Shown here: positions 25,804-38,019 of the stretch, piece by piece
Layout: each line of letters begins with the position of its first letter
Position numbering within the stretch: the first letter of the stretch is position 1
NCBI RefSeq assembly: GCF_006345805.1
Contig: NC_043023.1
Location: forward strand, 12,772,001-12,836,000
Length of the DNA stretch: 64,000 bases
Direction of reading: 5' to 3'
Origin: Octopus sinensis
Lineage: Eukaryota
The notes under the pieces: model-generated
Databases searched by the model: none
The model's input: only the letters and a program-made list of their open reading frames with translations
Told to the model about the DNA's origin: nothing
Made by a program: the position numbers and the translations under genes

Positions 25804-27030
25804 ATGAATAATTCAACTAAAGCAAAAATCTCTGGTAAAAGAGAAAAGCCATATCACTGTGATATCTGTGGTAAGTCATTCTCTCAAAGTTGTAATCTAA
25901 GAAGGCACAAACGTGTTCATACTGGAGAAAAACCATTTCAGTGTGATATCTGTGGTAAATCATTTTCTGAAAACAGCACTTTAACTCGTCACAAATTTAT
26001 TCATACTGGGGAAAAGCCGCATCAGTGTGATATCTGTGGTAAATCATTTTCTCGAAGTGCTGACTTACCTAAACACAAACGTACTCATACAGGAGAGAAT
26101 CCATATCAGTGTGATATCTGTGGTAAGTCATTTTCTGGTAATAGCAATTTAATCAGTCACAGACGTATTCATACAGGAGAGAAACCATATCAGTGTGATA
26201 TCTGTGGTAAATCATTCTCTACCAGTGGTGTCTTAAATAAACACAAACGTACACATACAGGAGAAAAGCCCCATCATTGTAATATCTGTGGTAAATCATT
26301 TTCTAGAAGTGACAGTTTAACTGATCACAGACGTATTCATACAGGAGAGAAGCCATACCATTGTGATATCTGTGGTAAATCATTTTCCCATAATTCTACT
26401 TTAAACAAGCACAAACGTATTCATACAGGTGAGAAGCCATATCACTGCGATATCTGTGGTCAATCATTCTCTGAAAATAGCACTTTAACTAGACACCTAC
26501 GTATTCATACAGGAGAGAAGCCATATCATTGTAATATCTGTGGTAAATCATTCTCTTACAGTAGTGACTTACCTAAACACAAACGTATACACACTGGCAA
26601 AAAACCATATCACTGTGATATCTGTGGTAATTCATTTTCTTGTAATAGAAATTTAATCAGTCACAAACGTATTCATACAGATGAAAAACCATATCACTGT
26701 GATATCTGTGGTAAGTCATTTTCTGGTAATAGCATTTTAATCATTCACAGACGTGTTCATACAGGAGAGAAACCATATCAGTGTGATATCTGTAGTAAAT
26801 CATTTTCTGACAAAAGCTCTTTAACTCATCACAAATTTATTCATACTGGGGAAAAGCCGCATCAGTGTGATATCTGTGGTAAATCATTCTCTCAAATTAG
26901 TCACTTGACTCAACACAAACGTGGTCATACAGGAGAGAAACCATATCAGTGTGATATCTGTGGTAAATCATTTTCTCGAAGAGCTGATTTAACTGAACAC
27001 AAACGTACTCATACAGGAGAGAAACCATAG
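25804..27030 (+). CDS. C2H2 zinc-finger protein D, 408 aa, 14 fingers; the array continues to 27860 (about 24 finger units)
   Basis: From the ORF track. A 3-bp deletion (tatcag to tag) makes the stop. Five more finger units stay in frame before a frameshift at about 27460. Confidence 0.85.
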   Translation: MNNSTKAKISGKREKPYHCDICGKSFSQSCNLRRHKRVHTGEKPFQCDICGKSFSENSTLTRHKFIHTGEKPHQCDICGKSFSRSADLPKHKRTHTGENPYQCDICGKSFSGNSNLISHRRIHTGEKPYQCDICGKSFSTSGVLNKHKRTHTGEKPHHCNICGKSFSRSDSLTDHRRIHTGEKPYHCDICGKSFSHNSTLNKHKRIHTGEKPYHCDICGQSFSENSTLTRHLRIHTGEKPYHCNICGKSFSYSSDLPKHKRIHTGKKPYHCDICGNSFSCNRNLISHKRIHTDEKPYHCDICGKSFSGNSILIIHRRVHTGEKPYQCDICSKSFSDKSSLTHHKFIHTGEKPHQCDICGKSFSQISHLTQHKRGHTGEKPYQCDICGKSFSRRADLTEHKRTHTGEKP

Positions 27031-27409
27031 TGTGATATCTGTGGTAAATCATTTTCTCGAAGTGCTGAATTACCTAAACACAAACGTACTCATACAGGAG
27101 AGAAACCATATCAGTGTGATATCTGTGGTAAATCATTTTCTCAAAGAGCTGATTTACCTAGACACAAACGTACTCGTACAGGAGAGAAACCATATCAGTG
27201 TGATATCTGTGGTAAATCATTTTCTGAAAATAGCAATTTAACTCATCACAAATTTATTCATACTGGGGAAAAGCCATACCATTGTGATATCTGTGGTAAA
27301 TCATTCAGTAGAAATAATAATTTGACTAGTCATATACGTATTCATACTGGGGAAAAACCATATCAATGTGATATCTGTGGTGAATCTTTCTCTGAAAATG
27401 GCCCTTTAA

Positions 27410-27779
<370 letters not shown>

Positions 27780-27886
27780 TAACGTTGTGATATTTGTGGT
27801 GAGTCATTCTCTCAAAAACGCCAATTAAGTACACATCTGAGTATTCATACAGAGGTGTAATCGTATCAATATCAAAATTTATTACA

Positions 27887-28309
27887 ACCCGGCAGGACAA
27901 GTGAGACCACAACCCATGGCCTCTACCTGGGATGTAGCCAGTCCACTTATGCATACCTTATCTTCTTGTGACACAAAACTCTACTTGTGAAGACCTTTTG
28001 AGGCAAGTGAGAATCAAAATCGAAATCAACCAACATCAATGGAAATTGCAGCTGTGATACCAGTGCTGGTGGCATGTAAAATGCACCATCCGATCGTGGC
28101 CGTTGCCATTCCCGCCTGGCACCTGTGTCCGGTGGCACGTAAAAAGCACCCACTACACTCACGGAGTGGTTGGCATTAGGAAGGGCATCCAGCCGTAGAA
28201 ACATTGCCAGATCAGACTGGGCCAGGTGCAGCCTTCTGGCTTCCCAGACTCCAGTTGAACCGTCCAACCCATGCTAGCATGGAAAGCGGATGCTAAATGA
28301 TGATGATGA
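27887..28309 (+). mobile_element. RTE 3' tail downstream of the ZNF D array
   Basis: Same junction as 7120. Confidence 0.85.
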
Positions 28310-29759
28310 CAAGAATTATGAATATTTTGTCTGCTAAAAGACAGGGTTTATTCCTCTTCAAGCTTGACATTATCAACTTCAGTTTCTTGGATGTCAACAT
28401 GAAATTCATGAATCACAACTTCAATATCATTTATATATCTAAATATATCAACACAGAGATGACTTTGGTTTCTGAAGATGATTGTGCTGGATTTTTGAGG
28501 AATTTGTTTTGAGAGAATAAAGGAATGGGAATAAGGAATAAAAGTTTTGAGTGACATTGATTTTGTCTTTGTTGTGTTTTCATCATCATCATCCTCATCC
28601 TTCTTCTTCTTCTTCTCCTCCTCATCCTCCTTCTTTTTTCTTTTTCTTCTTCATCTTCTCCTCCTTTTTGTCTTTCTTCTTCTTCTTCTCCTCCTCCTTC
28701 TTCTCCTCCTCCTTCTTCTTCTTCTTCTTCTTCAGTGTCCATTTCCTTTGCATGCCTGGGTGGGAAATTGTGACCTGAGCTGGCAAGCCAGAGTGCTGCT
28801 CCAGGTTCCACTCATATTTTGCTTGCTTTCTTTGGCTGTATGCCCTTAGGACGTCCATTGCGGTGAAAAACATTCTGTGCCTTATGAATATGTCCCTCGT
28901 TTAAGAAACAGATTGGGTTTATTTACATTTGTGAAGAAAAAAAGATAGCTTTCCCCCCCACCCCTAACCCTAAAACAGATTGAAATGCAATAGATCGATA
29001 CTAGGGTCATAATTATGGGTGACAATTTCATATGACACTGCAAGAAAAAACTGCCGTCAAACCGAAAAGATCTGAATGTGTGAGTACACTTTATTGAAAG
29101 AATCTTGTAAAAATTTGAAAACCCTTGAAAGTGAAGTTCTTGACAGAAAGGGACAATGAGGAAACTACAACGAATCCCACCAGTCAGTAGAGCCACCTAT
29201 TGGAGAACTGAAGGAAGACAATCATATAATGGGAAATAACTTCTACTACACTTCAACCACGGTCCAAGTAGATTCTTAATTAAGGTGCTTAATTACTGCT
29301 TCACTGATTCGTTGCTTATTTGTGAATACGGTAAGTTGATAAAGATTAACTTTAAGGCTGTAAAGGTGATAATACTACTACTACTACTACTAATAATAAT
29401 AATAATAATGTGAATAAATAGGTTTATGTGAACTTCTCTCAATGTTAGAGTAATTATTTTTTGAAGCGGGAACCTGACAACAATTAAGAAAATATATTTG
29501 CTCGTCTTAATTAATAACTTCCAAACTGAAATGTTGATCTGTTGTTTATGAAAACCTATGATTGACTGTTCCATGTGATATAAGGTAAATTGACATCTAA
29601 AGTGAGTGTAATGTGGCATAATTAATTAGTAAAATGAGGGGAAACCGATTGAAGAATACCACATTAATTAACGTTGCCCTGTTGCTTAAGAGGCACTAAT
29701 TAATTGGTGAGTTGATAATGACTTACTTTAAGGTTATATTAATAATAGTAACGATGATG

Positions 29760-30070
29760 ATGGTTTCAAATTTTGGCTAAGGCCAGCAATTTTTATCATG
29801 TGAGCCGGAAGTTGAATACATAGAACCCAGTATTTCCTGAAAGGGTTGAAAGGCAAAGTCGACCTCGGCAGTATTTGAAGTCAGGAGTTTCTGCCGAGGA
29901 CGACTTCGATGTTCATTCGTTTCGGTGTCGATGAATAACGATAATAATAATAATAAAATGTTTTCTACACTAGGCAGAAGGGCCGAATTCTTGTGGGGAG
30001 CAGACAGTGGATTACTGGTACTTAATCCGTCAACGCTGAAAGGATTAAAGGCAAAGTCGACCTCCATGGA
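29760..30070 (-). mobile_element. Degenerate fragments of a second SINE-like family
   Basis: aaaggcaaagtcgacctc occurs twice; possibly related head fragments at 9455-9510 and 60705-60780. Confidence 0.45.
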
Positions 30071-30263
30071 ATTCCTGCTTCGAGAGCAAAGTAAACAGGG
30101 ATTTTCACTGTGGTTCGTCCGCAAAAATGGAACGTCTGTTTAGTCGAGAGAGGCGTCTTGGAGAATTAAATGGTCGATGGTAGCCCCCCTCACACTGTGT
30201 AGCAAAATAAGCTATAGACCGACACGCTCTTGATCCTGATTATTTTAATGTATAGCTCAAAAA

Positions 30264-30875
30264 GGATCTTTTCCTTTTGATGGCCAGTTTTCAACACAAT
30301 TTCTAGTTAACTAAACACTTTTAAACTTCATATACTGGTAGAATGTGTTAAAATAAAACATTTTCTTCTCTTGGCTTTCTTGCGAAAATTGTAATTTGTA
30401 AGTTTAACGTAGTTTAATTTTTCAAATTTTAACCAATGAATCACCTCTATCTAGCTAAAATCATTTGCTGCGTCTAAAACTGAGACAACATCCTATAGAA
30501 TTATTTTTTTGTTAATTGTTTAAATTATTTTCCATTGCTTTCGTTTTAGCCTTTCGTTTTTTTTTTTATAATTGTTATCCTTAAATTAATTTAACAATTA
30601 AGAAAAAAAAACCGAAAGGCTAAAATTTTGGGTGAGGGTTAGGGTTAAGGTTAGTGACAGGATGTTGACTCAGTTTTAGACGCAGCAAATGACTTCAGCT
30701 TTGGATAAAATTCGATAAAATTAAACTACGTTAAACTTTCAAATTACAATTTTCTCAAGAAAGCCAAGAGAAAAAAAATGTTTTATTTTGACACATTCTA
30801 CCATTATACGAAGTTTTAAAGTGTTTAATTAACTAGAAATTGTGTTGAAAACTGCAGTTCAAAAGGAAAAGATCC
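30264..30875. mobile_element. MITE, GGATCTTTTCCTTTTGA...TCAAAAGGAAAAGATCC, long palindromic arms and internal TTAGGG
   Basis: 30264-30500 is inverted at 30655-30875. Only the right arm survives at 9300-9440, 21915-22030 and 54115-54255. Confidence 0.75.
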
Positions 30876-31722
30876 CTCAACAAAGCTATTGACGAACGAA
30901 ATATTGTGAAGCATTTTGTCTGGCGTGCTAGTGACCCTGCCAGTAAATAATGGGATTATGTGAACCCTTCAATGTTAAAGTAATCATATAGAAGTGAAAA
31001 CGGATCTTTTGGGTTTCAACGGCAGTTTTTTCTAGTGGTGCCATATGAAATTGTCACCCATAATTACGACCCTGGTATCAATCTATTGCATTTCAATCTG
31101 TTTTAGGGTTAGGGTTGGGGGGAAGGGTATATTTTTTTCTTCACGAATATAATTAAACCCAATCTGTTTCTTAAACGCACAGAATGTTTTTTACCTCATT
31201 AGACGTCAGTGAATGGTTGAAATTGTAGAAAAAAAACAACAAATATCTTACAAAGTATAGAAGTTTCTCAATAAAGCCAAGAGAAAAAGATGTTTTATAA
31301 ACACTTTCACCAGTATACGAAGTTTAAAAGTGTTTAGTTACGTGGGAATTATTTTTAAAATTTGCCATTCACACCGAGAAGATACTTTTTTTCTTCAGAA
31401 ATGTAAATAAACACAATCTGTTTCTTAAACGAGGGACATATTCATACGAGACAGAATGTTATTTACCTCAATAGACGTCATTGATTGGTTGAAATTGCAG
31501 AAATTGAAGAAAAAACAACAACAAATATCTTACAAACCGTTGAATTTTCTCGATAAAGCCAAGAGAAAAAGATGTTTTATAAACACATTCTACCAGTATA
31601 CGAAGTTTAAAAGTGTTTAGTTACGTGGAAATTATTTTAAAAAACTGCCGGTCAAACCGAAAAGATCCCCAAAAGGTATCCAAGCATTGTTCTTTAGTTG
31701 AGGGAGAAGTGTGAAGGAAGGA

Positions 31723-31880
31723 CAATGATTGGACAGGAGAGAAAATGACGTCAGAAACGGATCGGAAGTGCAACGGCCTGACGTCACATCAGGAAGATAT
31801 AAGTCAAAGATGCCTTCTTTCTTTCGGTGTCTGCGACGGGGTCCAGTTCGTGCGCTGGAAACGGTCGTAGATTAGAATAT
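31723..31880 (+). promoter_or_regulatory. Putative promoter and exon 1 of ZNF E
   Basis: Same motif set as 17387-17544. Confidence 0.65.
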
Positions 31881-33120
31881 GTGAGTGTATATATTCTATA
31901 TTACCTTGAAGGTAAAATCGTTGACAGAATGGGACAAAGAAGGCACCGGAACGAAACGAACCAGTCATAGAAAATTGAAGAACTATAATCACATAAAGGG
32001 ATATAACTTTCCTTAATTAATTAATTAAGGTGCTTAATTAACGATCACTGACTCGTTATTTATATCTGAATACGGTAAGTTGATAAAGATTTATTTTAAG
32101 GCTGTAATGATGATGATACCAATAATGATAAGGTACTACTAGCGAACAGTGGTCCCGGTGCGAGCACTCGCGTATCCGCGCTTGCTAGTCGTAAGTAGTC
32201 GATCCTACAATTTTTTAAACTAAGTAAATACATTATTTTTGTAAACAAATTGAGGTTAGGGTTAAAAAGTCGTAGGATCGACTACATACGACTAGCTTGC
32301 ACGGATACGCGAGTGCGCGCACCGGGACCACTGTTCGCTAGTAGTACCGCGCACCTCTCCAAGATAATGACGCTTACTTGTGAGAAAAAGTCAGGAAATG
32401 GGAAATATATCCAGAATACATAAAGTATGGAGGAAATTAGAAAGATTAATCTATTTTTTAACTATTTTATACTAAAAAATAAAATACGGAGAACGGGCAC
32501 TCGCGAATATAAACAAACATATAAGGGTACTATTTAAGAAGAGAGGTCGCGGTGGGCGCGCTAGCTAGTCGTGACTAGTCGATCCTTACTTTGTATTTTT
32601 GTTTTATTTACTTTGTTTTAAAAAAAATTATTTACTTTGTTTACAAAAATGAGCGTAACTTCAGTATAGGTACCGGAAGTACCAGATACATTTCAAGAAA
32701 GTGTCTTTTTTATATATATATGGTGGGGGGTTAAGGTTTGTGTTAGGGGTGACAGAAAAGGGTTTCTGTTATCTTCAGAAATGTAAACAAAACCACTCAC
32801 GGTACCTATACCGAAGGATCGCCAAAAAATTACTTACTTTGTGTAAAAAAATTATTTCTTTTGTGTTTTATTTACTATGGTAGGTAGTCGTTGTAGGATC
32901 GACTAGTCACGACTAACTAGCGCGAGTGCGCGCACCGGGACCACACTTTTTAAATAGTACCGGAGAAAATTAGAACGATTAATCTATTTTTTTAACTATT
33001 TTATACTAAAAAATAAAATACGCAGAACGGGCACTCGCGAATATAAACAAACATGTATGTACGTATACGTATGTATTTATGCATATATATGTATAATTAT
33101 ATATACATATATGTGTGTAC

Positions 33121-33156
<36 letters not shown>

Positions 33157-34263
33157 ATACAACTATATTTGTAGTGAATCGTAAAGTAGATTGGATCCAT
33201 CCTTGCCAAGATTTTAATTAACCCTTCACCAAAATTTTTCCCACTGCAGAACAATAGAGAAATCTCTATACAGAATGTTGTAAACGTTTCAATGCCTCAA
33301 AGGATTCTGACCCCTGCAAACATAGACATTAAATGGATGACAGTGTTGATGTTGTAAGATTTGCAATGTTGAATTACTATGTCGTTTAATGATTCTCTTT
33401 ATCTCACTGCTTCTTTTTTTTTCTATTTCAGAATATAACATCCTGTTGATATGAAAGAAATTACTTCATTCAGATGTGCCTCTGATATTTTATCAGCTCC
33501 CATCAACCAAAGGAAGATGATATATTTATAAGGAGCATTCATCAATACATCAAACTCATCTTATAAAGGAAATCTGTGAAAAACAACAGCAAAATATTTC
33601 TTCTGGACGATGGAATTAACAGCAACAATTTGAAGTCTTTGCTGTCTGGAATATAGAGGAGATGATTGTTTTACAGGTTAATTAAGCTTGGATAACTTTA
33701 CAAAGGGGTAGACAATTGTCACCTCTTGATTTAGATATTAAGCAAAATCACAGATGAAAGAAGCATAGCATTAAATTATTCTCTGAAAATAGCAACACAA
33801 ATATATTCATAGAAATGAATTTTTTTCCCATATCAGAATATCATACCATGTTGATTCAAAAGAAATTTCTTCATTCAGATGTGTGTCTGATATTTTGATT
33901 GACTTTCATCAATTAAAGGAAGACTATATATTTATAAGGCACATTCATCAAAAGATCAGCTTCTTTATATAGATAAATTCTTCAACGAACGATGGGGAAA
34001 TATTTCTTCTGGATGATGGAATTAAGAGCAACCTTTTTTTTTGTCATCTGGAATGTAGAGATGATGATGAACCTACGGGTTAAGTTTGAGTAACTTTACG
34101 AAAGAGTTAACCAATTTATATCTTCTGTTTTAGATATTAAGCAAGATCACCAATGAAAGTAACATAACATTTAATTATTCTCTGATGCATTTGAACACAA
34201 ACATTCATAGAAATGAAACAGATACTATCATTGTGATATGTATAACGAAATTATTCTCTCATA

Positions 34264-35535
34264 ATGAATAATTCAACTAAAGCAAAAATCTCTGATAAAA
34301 GAGAGAAGCCATATCAGTGTGATATCTGTGGTAACTCATTCTCTAAAAGTGGTAATCTAAGTAGGCACATACGTGTTCATACTGGAGACAAACCTTATAA
34401 GTGTGATATCTGTAGTAAATCATTTTCTGACAATAGCTCTTTAACTCATCACAAATTTATTCATACTGGGGAAAAGCCGCATCAGTGTGATATCTGTGGT
34501 AAATCATTCTCTCAAATTAGTCACTTGACTGAACACAAACGTGGTCATACAGGAGAGAAGCCATACCATTGTGATATCTGTGGTAAATCATTTTCTAGAA
34601 GTAACATTTTATCTGATCACAAACTTATTCATACAGGAGAGAAGCCATTCCATTGTGATATCTGTGGTAAGTCATTTTCTCGAAGAGCTGATTTACCTAG
34701 ACACAAACGTACCCATACAGGAGAGAAACCATATCAGTGTGATATCTGTGGTAAATCATTCTCTTCCAGTGGTGACTTAAATAAACACAAACGTACACAT
34801 ACAGGAGAAAAGCCCCATCATTGTGATATCTGTGGTAAATCATTCACTAGAAATAGTGATTTGACTAGTCATATACGTATTCATACTGGGGAAAAACCAT
34901 ATCAGTGTGATATCTGTGGCAAATCATTTTCTGAGCCTTCTTCTTTAAAGGGGCACAAACGTATTCATACAGGTCAGAAGCCATATCATTGCGATATCTG
35001 TGGTAAATCATTCTCTGAAAATAGCAATTTCACCAGACACCTACGTATTCATACAGGAGAGAAGCCATATTATTGTGATATCTGTGGTAAATCATTTTCT
35101 CAGCCTTCTGCTTTAACCAGACACCTACGTATCCATACAGGAGAGAAGCCATATCAGTGTGATATCTGTGGTAAATCATTCTCTTACAGTAGTGACTTAC
35201 CTAAACACAAACGTATACACACTGGGGAAAAAGAATATCACTGTAATATCTGTGGTGAATCATTTTCTTGTAATAGCCATTTAACCAGACACAAACATAT
35301 TCATACAGGAGAGAAGCCATATCATTGTGACATCTGCGGTAAATCATTTTCCCATAATTCTGCTTTAAAAGGGCACAAACGTATTCATACAGGAGAGAAG
35401 CCATATCATTGTGACATCTGTGGTAAATCATTCTCTCACAGTAGTAACTTGCACAAACATAAACGTATTCATATTGGGGAAAAACCATATCATTGTGATA
35501 TTTGTGGTGAGTCATTCTCTCAAAAAACCACTTAA
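34264..35535 (+). CDS. C2H2 zinc-finger protein E, 423 aa, 14 complete fingers; terminal finger frameshifted
   Basis: From the ORF track. caaaaaaccactt versus caaaaacgccactt in B; the ancestral stop is at 35565-35567. Confidence 0.88.
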   Translation: MNNSTKAKISDKREKPYQCDICGNSFSKSGNLSRHIRVHTGDKPYKCDICSKSFSDNSSLTHHKFIHTGEKPHQCDICGKSFSQISHLTEHKRGHTGEKPYHCDICGKSFSRSNILSDHKLIHTGEKPFHCDICGKSFSRRADLPRHKRTHTGEKPYQCDICGKSFSSSGDLNKHKRTHTGEKPHHCDICGKSFTRNSDLTSHIRIHTGEKPYQCDICGKSFSEPSSLKGHKRIHTGQKPYHCDICGKSFSENSNFTRHLRIHTGEKPYYCDICGKSFSQPSALTRHLRIHTGEKPYQCDICGKSFSYSSDLPKHKRIHTGEKEYHCNICGESFSCNSHLTRHKHIHTGEKPYHCDICGKSFSHNSALKGHKRIHTGEKPYHCDICGKSFSHSSNLHKHKRIHIGEKPYHCDICGESFSQKTT

Positions 35536-35593
35536 CTACACATCTGAGTATTCATACACAGGTGTAATCATATCAATATCAAAATTTATTACA

Positions 35594-36025
35594 ACCCGGC
35601 AGGACAAGTGAGACCATAACCCATGGCCTCTACCTGGGATGTAGCCAGTCCACTTATGCATAGCTTTCCTTCTAGGGACACAAAACTCTACTTGTGAAGA
35701 CCTGTTGAGGCAAGTGAGAATCAGAATCCAAATCGAAATCAATCAACATCAATGGAAATTGTAGCTGTGATACCAGTGCTGGTGGATCGTAAAACGCACT
35801 ATCCGATCGTGGCCATTGCCAGTCTCCCCTGGCCCCTGTGCCGGTGGCACGTAAAAAGCATCCACTACACTCACAGAGTGGTTGGCGTTTAGGAAGGGCA
35901 TCCAGCTGTAGAAACACTGCCAGATCAGACTGCAACCTGGTGCAGCCTCTTGGCTTCCCAGACCCCAGTCAACCGTCCAACCCATGCTAGCAGGGAAAAC
36001 AGATGTTATACAATGATGATGAGGA
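35594..36025 (+). mobile_element. RTE 3' tail downstream of ZNF E
   Basis: Same junction as 7120. Confidence 0.85.
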
Positions 36026-36134
36026 GGATTCTCTATTGTTTCCTGTGACAGACAGCTGTTCTTTTGTGTACTGGACATTTCCAATGTTTTGTTATTAAAC
36101 ATTTTGTAAAAATAAAATTTTTTTTGCATGCTTA

Positions 36135-36534
36135 TTCTCTCTTTCTCTTTCTCTTTTACTTGTTTCAGTCGTTTGACTGCGGCCATGCTGGAGCTCCGCC
36201 TTTAATAGAGCATCTCGACCCCGGGATTTATTCTTTTGTAAGCCCAGTACTTATTCTATCGGTCTCTTTTGCCAAACTGCTAAGTGACGGGGACATAGAC
36301 TCACCAGCATCGATTGTCAAGCAATGCTAGGGGGACAAACACAGACACACATGCATATATATACATCTATACAACAGGCTTCTTTCAGTCTCTGTCTACC
36401 AAATCCACTCACAAGGCTTTGGTCGGCATGAGGCTATAGTAGAAGATACTTACCCAAGGTGCAACGCAGTGGGACTGAACCTGGAACAATGTGGTTGGTA
36501 AGCAAGCTACTTACCACACAGCCACTCCTGCGCC
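36135..36534 (-). mobile_element. tRNA-derived SINE, paralog of 14421-14818
   Basis: A and B boxes and the same flanks. Confidence 0.8.
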
Positions 36535-37597
36535 TATATGTATATTGTGATTACATTTTCTTTTGAGTTGTCATATTTTGTGCCACATCTTCTGAGTAAT
36601 CGGTAGCCATCTTATTTCTGGTGCCACTACAAACTTTCTATTTTCATGCCCCGCACTCAAGGGGAAGCCTTGTAGTGACGCCTGGTCCCAAACGCTATTA
36701 TAGGATTTTCAACCATGCATGCGCAGGGGTTAGAACCTGTCGGAAGCCCCTTATGCGCATGTGCAGTCATCAGCATCAGCTAGGCTTGACCGCCGTCCTC
36801 GCTCTCTCTCTTCGCCCCTGCTTCCAACCAAGCCGGACGCAACTTGACCAGCTCCGTGTGGCTGGAATTCTGAAGGCGATCCATGACTTCGGCGAATCTG
36901 TGAAGTATGCCTTCACAATCGTGATTAAAATGTCTCTGCTGTTTCCGCACCAAGGCGACCTAGCTACTGATTGTCCAGAGATGTAACGCTTGTACAGACA
37001 GAACAATAAATATTGTTATTTGTTCAGAGATCCTTGTTTTATTGATTTTTTTAATGGCTCTTCGGGGTGACTGGGGAAATGTAAAGATGTGCACGACCAC
37101 CCTTGGACGGTTTTGACCATAGAAAGTGCGAGCCCTCTAACTGAAAAATTGTGGATTTGTATAAAGGACACGCACACACAGACAGACATTTGGCCATTTA
37201 TATATAGAGAGACTAGCAGTATCGCCCGGCGTTGCTCGGGTTTGTAAGGGAAATAATTATATAAGCATTTTTAGAGATGTAAAGTATAATAGCCATCTCA
37301 ATATGGCTAACCACAAAGGGGGAGGGGTGTTACTGTAGCTTTTTACGTTCTGAGATTTAATAATAAATTTTAGAGAGTTACTTCCCTTATATATGTCAAA
37401 AATGGGAAAAATTGATGGTAAATTTTTTTTTAAATCGTAGACTCATCGTAGACGCGCGCTAATACCCAGACGGTCTCGATATGAATCACGACTATAAGAT
37501 ACCCGGTTTTGGTTAAACTGCACCGCAAAATGTGGGAGTAGTTAGGAATCTAAATCGTAGGAGACAGACACACAACCTCACTTTTATATATAAAGAT

Positions 37598-38019
37598 TTC
37601 CTCTATTTACATAATATTAAGGTCTCTTTCTTTCTTTTGTTATCTTACTGTTTTTACCAATATACATATATATATATATATATAAATATATATATAGTTA
37701 CAGAGATGTACTTGCATAGCAAGTGACTTGATCTGAGATCGTGTGCTGGAACGAAAACAGTTGCAGCGTTGAAGGTGTTTATAAGCCATTTAAGAAACAC
37801 ACAAAAACCGTTAGATTCACTTCAACATTTAAATTTAATTTGTCAAAATATTTTCGTCGCTTTGAGACCGCGACCTGTTAGCACGATATTTTTGTCAGTG
37901 AACAGGTCGCGGTCTCAAAGCGACAAAAATATTTTGGCAAATTAAATTTAAATGTTGAAGTGAATGTAACGGTTTTTGTGTGTTTCTTAAATGGCTTAGA
38001 AACACCTTCCACGCTGCAA
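37598..38019. mobile_element. Penelope-like pLTR fragment with an inverted duplicate
   Basis: 37761-37879 is inverted at 37901-38019; carries a minimal hammerhead-like motif; TA microsatellite flanks. Confidence 0.55.
37891..37941 (+). ncRNA. Minimal type I hammerhead-like motif, G3:C8 variant; this copy has G12A
   Basis: tttgtca GTGAACA g gtcgc-ggtctcaaa-gcgac (A/G)AAA atat TT tg(g/a)caaa; the inverted copy keeps GAAA and tgacaaa. Confidence 0.55.

Noticed and set aside
30631-30655. TTAGGG repeats suggesting an interstitial telomere
   Set aside because: Only 1-3 units, consistently inside MITEs.
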